A DNA stretch of 64,000 nucleotides from Haliotis cracherodii (Eukaryota), in contig NW_027266341.1 in NCBI RefSeq assembly GCF_022045235.1, forward strand, positions 13,392,001 to 13,456,000. Direction: 5' to 3'. Positions 37,387 to 50,652 of this stretch are shown one piece after another. Within the stretch, counting starts at the first letter, position 1; the number at the start of each line of letters is the position of its first letter. The notes beneath the pieces were generated by a model. It did not search any database. It saw only the letters and a program-made list of their open reading frames with translations, and was not told the origin of the DNA. The position numbers and the translations under genes are program-made.

Positions 37387-37663
37387 TAGTTTGAGTTAAA
37401 GAAAGGAAGAAGTGTTTTCAGATTTGAAGGTGTTTATACCCTCCTCATTCATTGCTGTACACTACTGTACAGTTCAGTGTACACATCATTATCTGGAGAT
37501 CTCACAGCAGTTTGTGCAAAACAGTTGCGATTCTTTGAATTCCACCACAGACATCATAGACATATTCCATTGATAAAAATGCTACTGAGAGGATAGCAGC
37601 TATGTCATGAGCATCAATACAGCCCTTTTTTGATAGACTGATTCCTGGTTCTCTGTGCATGCA

Positions 37664-37833
37664 GGGGCGGTCGGGTAGCCTTGTGGTTAAAGCGTTCGCT
37701 CGTAAAGCCGAAGACCCGGGTTCGATTCCCGACATGGGTACAATGTGTGAAGCCCATTTCTGGTGTCCCCCGCCGCGATATTGCTGGAATATTGCTAAAA
37801 GCGGCGTAAAACCATACTCACTCACTCACTCAC
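37664..37833 (+). mobile_element. SINE family A (tRNA-Asp-derived head), reference copy
   Basis: A box TAGCCTAGTGG, B box GGTTCGATTCC. Family consensus CGCTCGTCACGCCGAAGACCCGGGTTCGATTCCCGAC versus tRNA-Asp(GTC) CGCCTGTCACGCGGGAGACCGGGGTTCGATTCCCCGAC. TSD ctctgtgca(c)tgca. Confidence 0.93.
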
Positions 37834-39904
37834 TCTGTGCACTGCAGGATCTTTTCATGTAGAAATGTTCTTTTCGTGATCTACTGTTATGAATCTATTT
37901 ACAGTCAATGCATGTTTGGGGAATGCTATTTTGTTTACCATCCTGTAACATAACACTTCATTACATATGCCACCTCTTAGCATAGCTGCCATGAAAAATT
38001 TGAAAATGATGATACTCTGACCTTGCATGTGAAAGTTTTTTATTTTTCATATTTTATAACCTTTCTGGAAAACATGTCCAAACTTTCAGAACTTCAAATC
38101 TGGTTCAAGTTGTAAAGAAAAGGCTCATTCTGACAACTTCTCTATTAACTCAAACAAAGTTTGACAGCGTGATTGTCGTACATTCTCTGTAATATCTAAC
38201 CTGCTGACGACTCCTAGGTTGCTCTTCACACAGAGAGCTAAGTCAGTAGAACGGCAACACACGTAGCATGAAATTGTCCGCCACAAGCGTATGTGACATG
38301 TGTCCCAATGAGACTGTAAGTTGACAGAGGCAACTAACTTATGAAAGAAATCATCCTAATCCAAGATGAAATACGCAGACGAGAGACAGACAATTTGCTT
38401 CTACGTGCTCAAAACCAGACCAAAGGCATTGTTTAATCAGCTGTGAGTTCCTGCTCGTGAAAAATGTCATTTAATATTACAACTCAGCCAGACAATGCCC
38501 AAATCCTAAGTACTTGCCTAAAAATGAATTTATTGGTTAGAGATCTCTTAAGAAGACATATGAGGATTACAGGACCTCTACCCCTGGCGAGTCTGAGGCA
38601 CTGGTCAGATTAGAACCGATTGGAACAAATTCTTGTCCTCAAGTTAGGATTAAGTCGGCAGAGTACATCTGACATCTTGCCCATATTCTCAACCCGTCCG
38701 CCTCCTGAAGATGATTGTTGTGAAGGAGATTCATCACAGATGAAGTGTATACACCTGTGGGGCAGCGACAGCTTTCAGATACTGTGCTTGTAACTTTTGA
38801 AATATGTAGACATAAATATGACATGCTTTAGGCCCAAAATAAAGGAAGTACTGAGATACTGAAATTAGAAACATTCTTCTGTAAATACCCAGCCTATTCT
38901 GTGCAACATAACAAGGTTAACCTTTCATGACTTATTGTCAGGAATAATGGCGTTGATTTCTCATGTATAACGGGGCGAGTGAGTAATGCCACTTTAGGAA
39001 TCATGTAAGCACAACCTTTCTTTGCACACACTGAATGCCATCCAATCCACTCAGCCATGTCATGTGAATATTTCAAACACCAAACGAAGCCCTTGTCAAA
39101 AAGGTGAGATACTATGAAATCACTTCCAACTTCTTAAGAATAATTTGATGAATCACTCTTACAGTTTCAGTGCAAAATATCTACAAATGATATTAGATAA
39201 CATAAGATATTACTTATTTACTTACTTAGGTACTTATTATTTTCCAAACCAAATAAAATTTGATTATTTTGTAATATCTTGTGACTCTTATCTTTCAGTT
39301 GCTGTGATGACAGGTAAACATTTTCTGATCTTCAGCCAAGGAAGTCATTAATGACCATAATATCCACAATAAAACTTAAAGATAACTTTTATTTCCAAAG
39401 AACTATTTTTTATCTTTGGTTAAAAATCTGATCAAGTACATTTGACATTTCCACAGAAAATGAAATATGGACTCATGACATGTGGTTGCTAACACAGAAT
39501 ACATGTAAGTCGTTCACATTGTTCGAATCTGAAGACAGATATCAGTTTTCAAAGTACTGAAAACAAAAGTGTTACCGAAATAGATGTCAAACAGCGCTGC
39601 TGCAGAAGATGACTAAGGGCGATGGCAGCAACAACAATATACTGTGACCACACAAGAGCTGCAACAGTCACTGAGATCTTACAATAACATGTGTTTGTGC
39701 CTTGCTTATCCAATCACAATGCGTCTTCTCCAGCCTTCTTCATACACCATATTTACCATTTTAAGTGTCCCAGGCACTTGGTCAGGGGCATTTATTGGAG
39801 TGGGGCGCGTAATACAGTGACTGTGGTACATTTCAGAAGTGATTTAATGATACAAGTGTGTCCTGTGTGTTGTATGCATGTTCATCCTTCCATCTGTGTG
39901 TGGG

Positions 39905-40390
39905 GGATTCAGGTGGGATTCAAGTGGGATTCAGGTGGGATTCAGCTGGGATTCAAGTGGGATTCAAGTGGGATTCAAGTGGGATTCAAGTGGGATTCAG
40001 GTGGGATTCAAGTGGGATTTAGGTGAGATTCAGGTGGGATTCAAGTGGGATTCATGTGGGATTCAGGCTGGATTCAAGTGGGATTCAGGTGGGATTCAAG
40101 TGGGATTCAGGTGGGTTTCAGCTGGGATTCAAGGGGGATTCAGGTGGGATTCAAGAGGAATTCAAGTGGGATTCAGGTGGGATTCAAGTGAGATTCAGGT
40201 GAGATTCAGGTGGGATTCAGGTGGCATTCAAGTGGGATTCAGGTGGGATTCAAGTGGGATTCATGTGGGATTCAGGCGGGATTCAAGTGGGATTCAGGTG
40301 GGATTCAAGTGGGATTCAGGTGGGATTCAAGTGGGATTCAGGTGGGATTCAAGTGGGATTCAAGTGGGATTCAAGTGGGATTTAGGTGGA
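39905..40390. repeat. 11-bp minisatellite (GGGATTCARGT)n
   Basis: Direct inspection. Confidence 0.97.
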
Positions 40391-40402
40391 ACTGAACATA
40401 TT

Positions 40403-40689
40403 ATGTTGTTTGATTGTTTGTTTGTTTTTTTGTTTGTTGTTTAATGTCTCACTCAGCAATATTCCAGCTATATGACGGCGGTCTGTAAGTAAATGAGTCT
40501 GGACCATACAATCCAGACATTGATATCATGAGCATCGATCCACACAAATGGGATGTGATGACATGCGTCAACAAAGTCTGCAAGCCTGACCACCCGATCC
40601 CTTTAGTCGCCTCTTACGACAAGCATAGTCGCCTTTTACGGCAAGGAAGGGTTGCTGAAGACCTATTCTACCCCGGATCTTCATGGGTC
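40403..40689 (-). mobile_element. Family C, full length
   Basis: Ends ...accccggatcttcatgggtc. Confidence 0.92.
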
Positions 40690-40719
40690 TTATGTTGCTT
40701 GAACAGAATGTCAACTATG

Positions 40720-40905
40720 TGTGGAAGGAAAGCCCCATAAGTGATGGAAGGTTGTTTACCACTTTGATAACAACCACCAGCACGGGTACGGAGCAGACAT
40801 ACCAAGGATCATAATCAGGGTAAATCTTAGGCTAGAACCATTGATCAGCAGATCCTGGCATGGCAAAGGGACACAACCCTGAACGCAGACATGTCTTTGA
40901 CCACT
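40720..40905 (-). mobile_element. Old family B-like fragment
   Basis: tgtttaccactttg...gcacgggtacggagcagaca...ataatcagggtaaatc...tggcatggcaaagggacacaac. Confidence 0.65.
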
Positions 40906-42035
40906 AAGTGAAGATGTGAAAATTAAGTAATTATTAAAAAGATATAATTAGAACTTGTAACCAGAAAATTGCACACCTTAACTGGATTCTAGGCAGGTTG
41001 ACAGGAGCTTGTGTGATGATGTCATTTCAATGAATTGCTCTTTCACCATGTAATTTTTGTTAGACCAAAACACTGATAAAGCCAAATATTTTATTTTCCT
41101 CACGCCAGATTATTATACTGGAATAGAGCCAGTCCTTACTTCCTTACTTCAGTCCTATAGGGTTTTGTTCCTGTCTAAACAGTTCCTTACCAGTCACAGA
41201 GATCACACATCATTCAGTATAGGACAGCACCAAGCCAGTTTTACCACCTTGGAGAAAGTGTAATTTCTTTCCCACTAGCTATGAAAGGTAGCACTTCCTA
41301 ACATAATTGACGCTGACAGCTTTCATGTAAGACTCTGCTGCAAGTTGAGAGAGCTGTCACAAGTGGAAGTAAGATGGCTGAGAACCTGTCTGCTGGTAGA
41401 CATCTGTCAGCACCTGTCATCCAATCACTGGCTTCTACAATTTCCAGGAATCTAGTTTTGGTAAACTGTATATAGTTATACCACATGAGTACCTATTAAC
41501 AGATGACTGTGTGGTAATGGATGAGACACCTCCAGGAAGGATGCCATCTGATGGTGGTCCACATGCTGAACAGATTCTCTAACAGTTGGACCAATGGCAG
41601 CAACACATCAAGAATGGGAGTTCGTGGCTAATCATTTACTGGTGACAAATTAATTCTCAGTCTTTTCGACAAATCATTTCTAATTGACATAGTGAGAAGT
41701 TTAACTGGAACTATACTCAAGAGGTGAGACTATTGAGTGTAGAAATGTTTGGAGGCAATCAATACTCTTCATTTAATCAGACTGTATTTAAGAGAACACG
41801 ATTTGTGACAATATTGGGGACACACCGTGGTATACCATGTATACTATGAGTGGCCATCAGTTTACCACTGACAGGAATGGAACAGCTTCTTGAACACGGA
41901 TATATAGTTTCCTGGTCAATATATACAGGGTTAGTGAGCGGATGAGTCAGATAGAGTTAGCAAAAAAGTGTGTGGATGAAAATGATGAAAGAGAAATATA
42001 TTTAAGCATCACCATTTCAGTAAAATATGGCAACA

Positions 42036-42036
42036 T

Positions 42037-42080
<44 letters not shown>

Positions 42081-42124
42081 AAGGAAGGAGTAGGAGGGAG
42101 TTATAAGGGAGTAGGAAGTGGGAG

Positions 42125-42163
<39 letters not shown>

Positions 42164-42302
42164 CAGAGAGAGAGAGACAGAAGGAAGGAAGGAGTAGGAG
42201 GGAGTTATAAGGGAGTAGGAAGCGGGAGAAAGAAAGAGAGAGAGGGGTAGAGAGATGGGGAAAGAGAAAGAGAAAAGGATAGGGAGAGAGGGAGAGAGAG
42301 AG
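42036..42302. repeat. (GA)n microsatellite with a duplicated purine-rich block
   Basis: gaaggaaggaaggagtaggagggagttataa occurs twice between (GA)n runs. Confidence 0.93.
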
Positions 42303-43489
42303 TGATATGCTCTCATTCCTATTTCCTTCTACCAATTTAATGACAGTGAGTGACTGAGTGAGAGAGTGACTTTCATTAGACAATATCATGTCAGCAGACG
42401 CCATGGCCTACATCAATGACAAAACAGTTCCCACAATGCACCGCCCATCGTGTGTAATTAATACCAAAGGATGTATTTACTGCTACAACTTCCCAACATC
42501 ATCCCCTCCTCCCAGCAGCAACACACACTGATCAGCCCAGCAGCACGGAGTAATCCGGTCTACACCAACATCAACTCATTACAACCTGTTTGCAACCCCA
42601 ATATTTGCCAATCTGTAAATCTACACATTTTTCAAGGTGATAATCCCGGTAATGGCTGCTCCTGAGCCAGACCCCTCTCAGCAAGAGACTAATCGTGTGT
42701 CACAGGTTCAGTGAGGGCCGGAGGGCAAGTGATTCTGGGTAATCTGTGAGTGGTTTGAATCCTGATGATGACAAACACGATTTCAACTTTCATCTCTCTC
42801 TCACCAGGGAGCAATCAGTCCCGTCATCCACCAATATATTCACTGTTCCCTGACAGGGAAACACTCCCTAGATATGTCCACACTTCTGTCTGAGTGGAAG
42901 CTAAGAGACAGGGATAAAAGGCTGAGGGGAACTGTGATGATTATTGTGATGATAATTGGGAAATGTGAAAAAAAGAGCTCCTACTATGATGGCACGGAAT
43001 ATGAAGTACTGATTGATGTTGGTGCTGACGCTGATACTGCTATGGTTGTTGATGCTGCTGTTGCTGATGCAGATAAAGAGGATGAGATTGATGCTGATCA
43101 TGATACATTGTTTGGTTGTTTGTTGATAAGCATTCCAGTCATATCACAGTGGCCTGAACAGAATCTATCCTGGACCAGACAAACCAGTGACTGATATTAT
43201 GAACATACATGATACAATGATACCTCCCCCTGAGCCTCTCCACCTGATCTATTCAGCTGCCCCCTACAAGGGTTACAGGGGCACAGTCTCATCAGTAATC
43301 CCCTCAGATATATATGAGGGATGAGGAGGTAGATGTTGATGAGGATGATGACCCAATGAATATATTATCACATACTTTTTGACTTGAAACCTTTTCAAGT
43401 ATCTACCTAAGTCGGGGACAGATATCAGGCACTCTGAACCATAATCCCTCATGGCAAACCGTTCAGTTACCTGAGAACCAGAGGAGATG

Positions 43490-43720
43490 CCTTTAATTAT
43501 TGTGTATGCGTGTTCTTGTTACGGGCTAATGCTGGTTTTATGGTGCTAGCCAATGAAAGACCATGCTGTAGTTTAACATGGATACCCCACTCAGACACAG
43601 TATACTGACTCCCCAGTGACCAGTCCCTTCATGCTGGGCACTGGGCAGGTAACAACAAGGACCCCTTCTTGATATGACGTGGCAAGGAATCCAGCCACTG
43701 ACCTTCTATTCTCCATCAAC
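43490..43720 (-). mobile_element. Old SINE family D body running into the head array
   Basis: ccatgctgtagtttaacatggataccccactcagacacagtatactgactcc...caggtaacaacaag. Confidence 0.8.
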
Positions 43721-44150
43721 TACACCACGAAGGCAGTCAGGGGATCGAACCACTCGCCTTCCACTGGCCGGGCAGATGCTCCATCAACTACACCACGAAG
43801 GCAGTCAGGGGATCGAACCACTGGCCTTCCACTGGCGGGCAGATGCTCTATCAACTACACCATGAAGGCAGTCAGGGGATCTAGCCACTCGCCTTCCACT
43901 GACCTTCAACTCTCCATCAACTACACCACGAAGGCAGTCAGGGGATCGAACCACTCGCCTTCCACTGGCCTTCCACTGACCTTCAACTCTCCATCAACTA
44001 CACCGCGAAGGCAGTCAGGGGATTGAACCACTCGCCTTCCACTGGTGGGCAGATGCTCTATCAACTACACCATGAAGGCAGTCAGGGGATCGAACCACTG
44101 GCCTTCCACTGGCAGGCAGATGCTCTATCAACTACTCGATGGAGGTGGCT
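43690..44150 (-). repeat. Tandem array (about 6 units, 65-78 bp) of the SINE D tRNA-like head
   Basis: Unit ccatcaactacaccacgaaggcagtcaggggatcgaaccactcgccttccactggc(c)gggcagatgct; its reverse complement carries A-box-like and B-box (GGTTCGATCCC) motifs. Confidence 0.88.
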
Positions 44151-44914
44151 GACTGAAATGAGGGCCCAGGGGTTACACTACTTCTGTGTCATCACATCCT
44201 TGACAATGCAGAGCAGTGCTCACACTATCAACCACTGGTTTGCTACTCAGATGTTATAAATTGCAGGCTGCTGTGATACGGGCAATAATGTTGTGTGAAT
44301 CATGAAACAAAGTTAACTGCGATTGGTCTCTTTCTGAAGATGATCAGCCAGAGTTGTCTGAGTTGGGATAACACAGAAAGGGTCAGAGAATCCGTTACAT
44401 GAGTATTTCAACAGTATCGAGATCTTCACGCATGGGTACGAAGTAATGGATGTCACAGACGGTATACCACTGACTAACATCAATCACACAATGTTCCCAT
44501 CGCCATGCTACAGCATCAAGCACACGGTTCAGATATAGAAAATGAATTTGTCACACTTGACATTTTTGTTAGAAACAGGCCTAGACAGATATTGACAAAC
44601 CAGTAGGAATCAGTGGCGAGTTCCAGAGAGCTTCTCAAGACAGTGGGAACTGCCATGGAGTAGTCTGGGCGACGGAGCAGATCACTCACACGCCGGACAG
44701 GAAGGGACTTCTGCGTTACGCACCTTTTACCAATATTGCTACCATTTAGCCAGAATACTACAAACAGCCATCAGACAACTCACTGTAGGGAGTCAACCCA
44801 GAATGCAGGTCACAATGAGTATAAACAATAACTTGTTTGTTTGTTTGGTTTGGTTTGTTGATTAACACCACACTAAAAACTCTTCTAGCTACATGATGGT
44901 GATCTGTATACATA

Positions 44915-45189
44915 TTTTATTTTTTATTTTTTTATTTTTTTGTTTAACACCGCACTCAGCAATATTCCAGCTATATGACGGCGGTCTGTAAATAATAGAG
45001 TCTGGACCAGACAATCCAGTGATTAATATGAGCATCGATCCACACAATTGGGATCGATGACATGCATCAACCAAGTCAGCGAGTCTGACCACCCGATCCC
45101 GTTAGTCGCCTTTTATGACAAGCATAGTCACCTTTTACGGCAAGCATGGGTTGCTGAAGACCTATTCTACCCCAGAATCTTCATGGGTC
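44915..45189 (-). mobile_element. Family C, full length; a second tail fragment lies at about 44832..44908
   Basis: Colinear with 13603..13887. Confidence 0.92.
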
Positions 45190-46593
45190 CTGTATATATT
45201 CGAGTCTACAGCAGACAATTCAGTGGTTGGTATTACGAGCAACGATCCATACATCTGGGATACAGTGACATGCAGTCAACCAAGCCTGACCACAACAAGC
45301 TTAGGATGCTGGGGACCTATATTGTTATCTGGAATACCCACAGGTTGTAAACAATTCAGTCCAACAAACATGCAAAGAGTGAATTAATGCTTCTACAGAT
45401 GTAGTTGGACCTGAGTTTTCATGTAACGGAGCGATGGACTTTACACACTGTACCCACCTTGTACCCGCCTGTGCCGCCACAAATATACAGTGATAGAGTC
45501 TTTCGAAAGAGGTTCATATTGCCCAGATGTGTTAGAGCACCATTAAAACAGTTTGTTAAATCTTTTAAATACTGTTTGAGATTGACACAGACACAGCAAA
45601 TTCAGAGTGAGTTCCACATTAAGAGCATTTAAAGAGAGCAATATAACCCAAAGAAGCAATTCAAGTTGGAAATGGAGAGGAGCCTGTTTGCGAGGCATCG
45701 CCTGGAACAAGAAGACTTATATTGGCCCAGCACAGCAACAGCCTGCAGTCATGTCCCATTTATCTCCTGATTGGGCAGAGACAGTTCCTTACAGTTGGTA
45801 GATCCAGAATTCAAATTCTCTGCTATCTCAAACACGTTAGTCAATACCAGGGCTGAACAGAACAGATACATCGGACACGGACATCAGCTGTAAAATGAAC
45901 GGGAGTATGATGCAATCTGAACGCTTGAAGAAACTGTAACCCAGGAATCTTGCCGACTCTTCACAGAGTATGGATACTTTTACTTGAGTAGCAGCGTTTT
46001 TCTTACAATCCAAGATTGGTAAACCCCTGTGCCATTCAGCTAGGTGTAATGGATAACACATTTATTAAATACTACTGCTCCACTTATTAAAGGATAATCA
46101 GATATGTTAGATATATTTAAATATACACTTGACATATTATAGGGGTCATTGTTACGTATCATGGAAAGATGAAAACATATCACTATCAAAAAGTATAGTG
46201 GAATATTAAGTATGATCACCATTTAACAGTAAAAATCCTTTTTGCCAACCAGGTGGGTTCAGTTATCTCAGAAGCAAATGATGTCATCCATGGTATCATG
46301 AAGTCATTCCAGTGGACTAGTGGTAGAGGAGAGCAGAAGGTGGGGGTTCGATCCCCGGCCACGAATGTGAATCTGTTACGTAGTATACCATCAGATCATA
46401 GGTCAGCCATGTTTATCGTGATTACTCTCACAATAACGGGGGATCATACAGACGTTGTAAATACTCAGATCATGGCTTGTTTTTAAGAGAAAACTGTCTT
46501 TTAAAAGTGAATGAGATGTTTTACAGTTGTCCGTGTGATTAGAGAGAAAACTATGAATGTTTCTTAAGCGTCTGAAAACCCTTTACACAGGAA

Positions 46594-46830
46594 TATACTG
46601 CTCAACTTTTGATAGGGATCGGGAATATCCAGGCGAGGTCTGAATGTGACTGATTGCTCGGATATGTTGTCTTACAAATAGTATTCAAACTTGCCATGGA
46701 ACCAAAGTATGTGCAGCTTCATTTTAAGTTGATTTAACACAAATACACAGTTTAATAAGTTGTTGTCATCACACGTCACAGTATGAAATATCTCAGTACT
46801 AGGGCATCCCTTCAAGTATTGAGTAGTATA
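46594..46830. mobile_element. Tc1/mariner-type MITE
   Basis: Left tatactgctcaacttttgatagggat; right reverse complement tatactactcaatacttgaagggat. Confidence 0.65.
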
Positions 46831-47689
46831 TCTAACAATTTTTTTATTTTCTTTATAGTTCCCAGAGTTGTAGAGTAATACAGTATATTTAACAATTCAT
46901 AGCTTAGAAAAAGTCCAAAAATGTCAGATCAAAATGTTGAGAAATTGTATGGATGGAAATACATAGTGACAGATACAATTGTGGTTTCTGAGGATGCTGA
47001 CAAAATAAGTTGCAACAAATAGGATAAAGTTTATGTGAAGAAAAAACTACCAAGACTTGCAGCCCTTGAAAGAGATGATCACTCTCCACAACCTTTGGGA
47101 AAATTACTTTTCTCAATTTCTTATTATTATCTTACTGGCCTTTTGAGTCAGCACTGTGCCCCAAGGACGACATGAACAACCAATTTTTATATATCAAATG
47201 TTGCCCTTTAACAACAAAAGTCGCACACCCCCTGAGGTATTGCCCAGCATGGGCATTGTATAAATCCCGTACACTCATACCTTGGAAGTTGATATATCTA
47301 CAGACTCCACCAAACATTGCTGTCAACAAGATATTGGTTTAGGAAAATATTTCTATGATATTTGAGATCAAGTGGTATATGAGCAGAATGGCGTCAGTCT
47401 TGTGGCATCCTGATCACGTTATCTCTCATCAACATAAAGTTCAACTTCAATGTCGTAATTCCAATACCTAGATATATTGCACAAGTCAGGTGCATAATCA
47501 CAGTGTGGAGACATAAAATGTCCGTGTCAATGCCTGCATCAGGAGTTTTGTTCTTGTATGATTTGGGTAGCCTGAACCCCTAGCTTTATTCAAATGCAGG
47601 ATGCACATCTGGTATGAACCTGATGCTATGGTATTATTCCTACTTTACATATAGTCGCCATATCAAATACTACCATCCCTGCCATGAAC

Positions 47690-48075
47690 TAAAAAGGTGG
47701 TATATTTTCAGTGACTTGTTATTCTTACTTAGAACATATGGGTACCAGATGAAATTTCATTCCCTTACTTGCCATCAACTAAATACAAAGTGGTATATTT
47801 TCTGTGATCTCGGATTCCTACTATAAACACATAGGTACAATATGAAATTTAATTCCCTTACTAAAATCAATGTGGTATATTTTCGGTGATCTCGGATTCC
47901 TACTTAAAACACATAGGTACCAGATCAAATTTCATTCCCTTACTTGCCATCAACTAAATACAAAATGGTATATTTTCTGTGATCTCGGATTCCAACTTAA
48001 AACACATAGGTATCATATCAAATTTCACTCCCCTCCTTGTCTTCAACTAAATATGTCATGGTATATTTTCAGTAA
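47690..48075. repeat. Degenerate 93-bp tandem repeat (about 4 units)
   Basis: tggtatattttc recurs at about 47698, 47791, 47873, 47966 and 48059. Confidence 0.88.
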
Positions 48076-50519
48076 TCGTGAGGACTTAACAGTTAAGGTT
48101 TCACAGGTGTGTCATTTTTGTGATGATCACATACAATTAAATTGATCTCTGACATTTTTAAGAAAACTCAAATTAACACTAACTGTTTTCAGTTTTTGCC
48201 GTAATAATGCAACAAGAATATGGAAAAACACAGACGACATGAACAGAGGCAGTCAATTAGATACAGATAAATATAGGACCATCGGTTGTCTCAGTTTCAC
48301 ACAATAATATCGGAGATTCAAACACATCTAGAAAGTAGCAAGTACAACATGATCAATGAAAAACAATTTGTACTATTATCCCTGATAAATGGGATCTGAG
48401 AGAATACAATAAGGGTCGTTGAAGACCAGTTCTGGTACTAATGAAAGCCCACAAGGGCACCATGAAGCTCATTAAACTACCATTAATTACCTTAGCTGCA
48501 GCTCCTTGGGATGTGCCCGGTGTTTACGTCTCTGACAGGATACACAACAACACGTACATCCACAGTTAACCTTCGAGTTCTTATTCCCCATCCTGTTAGG
48601 AAGCGATTGATTAGAAAATACAAGATCTACATGGCACGCTTCGTCCTTGCCGACTCACGTCTCCAGTGAGAGAATACAGAGTGTTTAGGCACTTCCACTG
48701 ACAAATGTTGTTTCCGAACCTTTTTAGTCAAAGTCTTTGTACTGGACTCTAGAACAGTTGTCAGTGTGCTAGTATCACTGACCAAGAACCAGTCATGCTC
48801 TCTGACAAACTCCAAGCCTCTTTTGAAAAGAAGTGAGGGAATTACTTTCCCGAAACAAGGTAATCTGTGTTAGTACATTCTATCCCGCACAATTTAATTA
48901 TTGATAGAGATCTTGGCACTGTCAGTCTCCCCTCTAAGATTAGCCATGCCGGGAGCAGCCTATTCCACACAGATCGGACACAATGCTGTCCTAATGACCG
49001 CTTCTAATGCAGACCGTGCAGCGACAGTCATACATTGGATGCCATCGCATCTGCTACTTCACCCAACATAACATTGGCCATAGCAATACAAAATGATCTA
49101 ATTGATTAATGCAAATCTAAATTGAGTTTCAAATCTGTAACCATGGTGATAGCTTCCTTCACTTTTCTGCCATTTTGCTCCAAACATGAACACGACAGAA
49201 GAAACATCTTCCATCATCCAACTGACAATTCACAGATCGCTCTCATAGGAATTTCAGCTTGCTAATGCTGGAAGTTGTAAAGGCAGTCAGAGTGAGTTTT
49301 ACAAGTCCGTAAATATGAGTATTTACATCGCCGTGCCTCAGCAGCTCGGTGCCAGTGAGAATGATATTGGAGAAGTAATCGCCCAGAAAGTTTTCCCCTG
49401 TCCAATACGTCATTCCTCTGATCAGCTGTGTTTCAAGAAGGTTCACAAAACAATTAGCAATCAGTGGAAGAACATATGCGCTTGCAGCAGGGGACGCGCC
49501 ACGTGGCAGAATCACGCTGCTGCCTGCACCATTCTTTATATATACATTATATTGCATGTCATCATTGTAACTGTAGAACCTCTGAACAAAGGACCCTCGA
49601 TTCAGTGGACACCTGTTTACCATACATCCACATTGGATCTTCATTAACATTGTTTCCAAAACCCATTAAATACAAAACACAGTCTCGATTATCCAACAAA
49701 ACAAATTCCATTGGGTATAAAAGGTTAAAAAATAATGAAATAAACATAACCACAGTTGTTTAAACTGTATCATGCTTCATTTTCTTACTTATATCATTAT
49801 TTTATAAACATTTTGAGAAATTGTTTGTAAAGTGAAATGATTTAACGATGAGCAGATTTTTTGCTTGATAAGACTTGTTAAAGTTGCCAGAATCAGCTCC
49901 AAAATATTAAAAAAGTGTAAATAAAGAAGTTGTCATCCATTGAAATTGCATGTTTTTATCACACTGAAGTTGATAATATTTGCAGAATACAAATCAGGCA
50001 ATTGAACTCTCATGCCAAGCACTCTGCAATCAGCAGGCAGCAGGCAGCATTCAGCATGTGGAGTTATTCCTTTTCTAACAGTTTGCATACATATATTCAT
50101 TTTATGAAGCATGCTGAGTACAATGAGAGCTTTCCCTTTTTTCCAGTAGCCAAACACGTCTCAATGTAAATTCCAGTCTGACTTTTGATTAGGAATGATA
50201 ATATAAGTGACAAATCACTTTGCATAATCATAAAAAATCTCTGCTAAGAGCAGAGTCCATAGTACGATTTGGACGACATCGCAAGCATGTGTTTATAGTG
50301 ATGATACCAGGTTTTTAATAAAAGGTGAGAACATTCTGCTCCATCTGTAGCATCTATAACAAATACAAGCAAAGGCAAGTCAAGTGTTCACCTGAACAAA
50401 CAAGGGGACATATGACACATATCTATGTTATGTGAAAATACAAATAGGGACTGAGCTGAAGGCAAAGCAAAATATGTTTGTTGTAAGTTTTTGGCAATCA
50501 TTTCGCCCTCAAACAATAA

Positions 50520-50652
50520 ACAAAAAGGACAAGGAAAAAAAGAAAAAGAAGAAAATGAAGAAGGAAGAAGATAAGAAAAAGAAGGAGAAAAAGAAGGAGA
50601 TAGAAAGAAGAAGGATAAAAGAAGGAGAGAAAAGGAAGAAGGAGTAAAAGAA
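50520..50652. repeat. A/G-rich (AAG-like) low-complexity tract
   Basis: Direct inspection. Confidence 0.85.

Noticed and set aside
37664-37740. Functional tRNA-Asp gene (and tRNA-Leu at 51429)
   Set aside because: The heads are always fused to a SINE body and tail, have TSDs and vary between copies; the family A acceptor stem does not pair.
48627-48815. 62-aa ORF with a gtgagt donor at about 48658 as an upstream exon
   Set aside because: The open frame meets the donor in phase 1, the phase-2 frame has a nearby stop, and there is no homology.
49243-49763. Overlapping 100-138 aa ORFs
   Set aside because: No recognisable domain or exon structure; consistent with chance ORFs.
50432-50647. Lys/Glu-rich ORF
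   Set aside because: A/G low-complexity tract.
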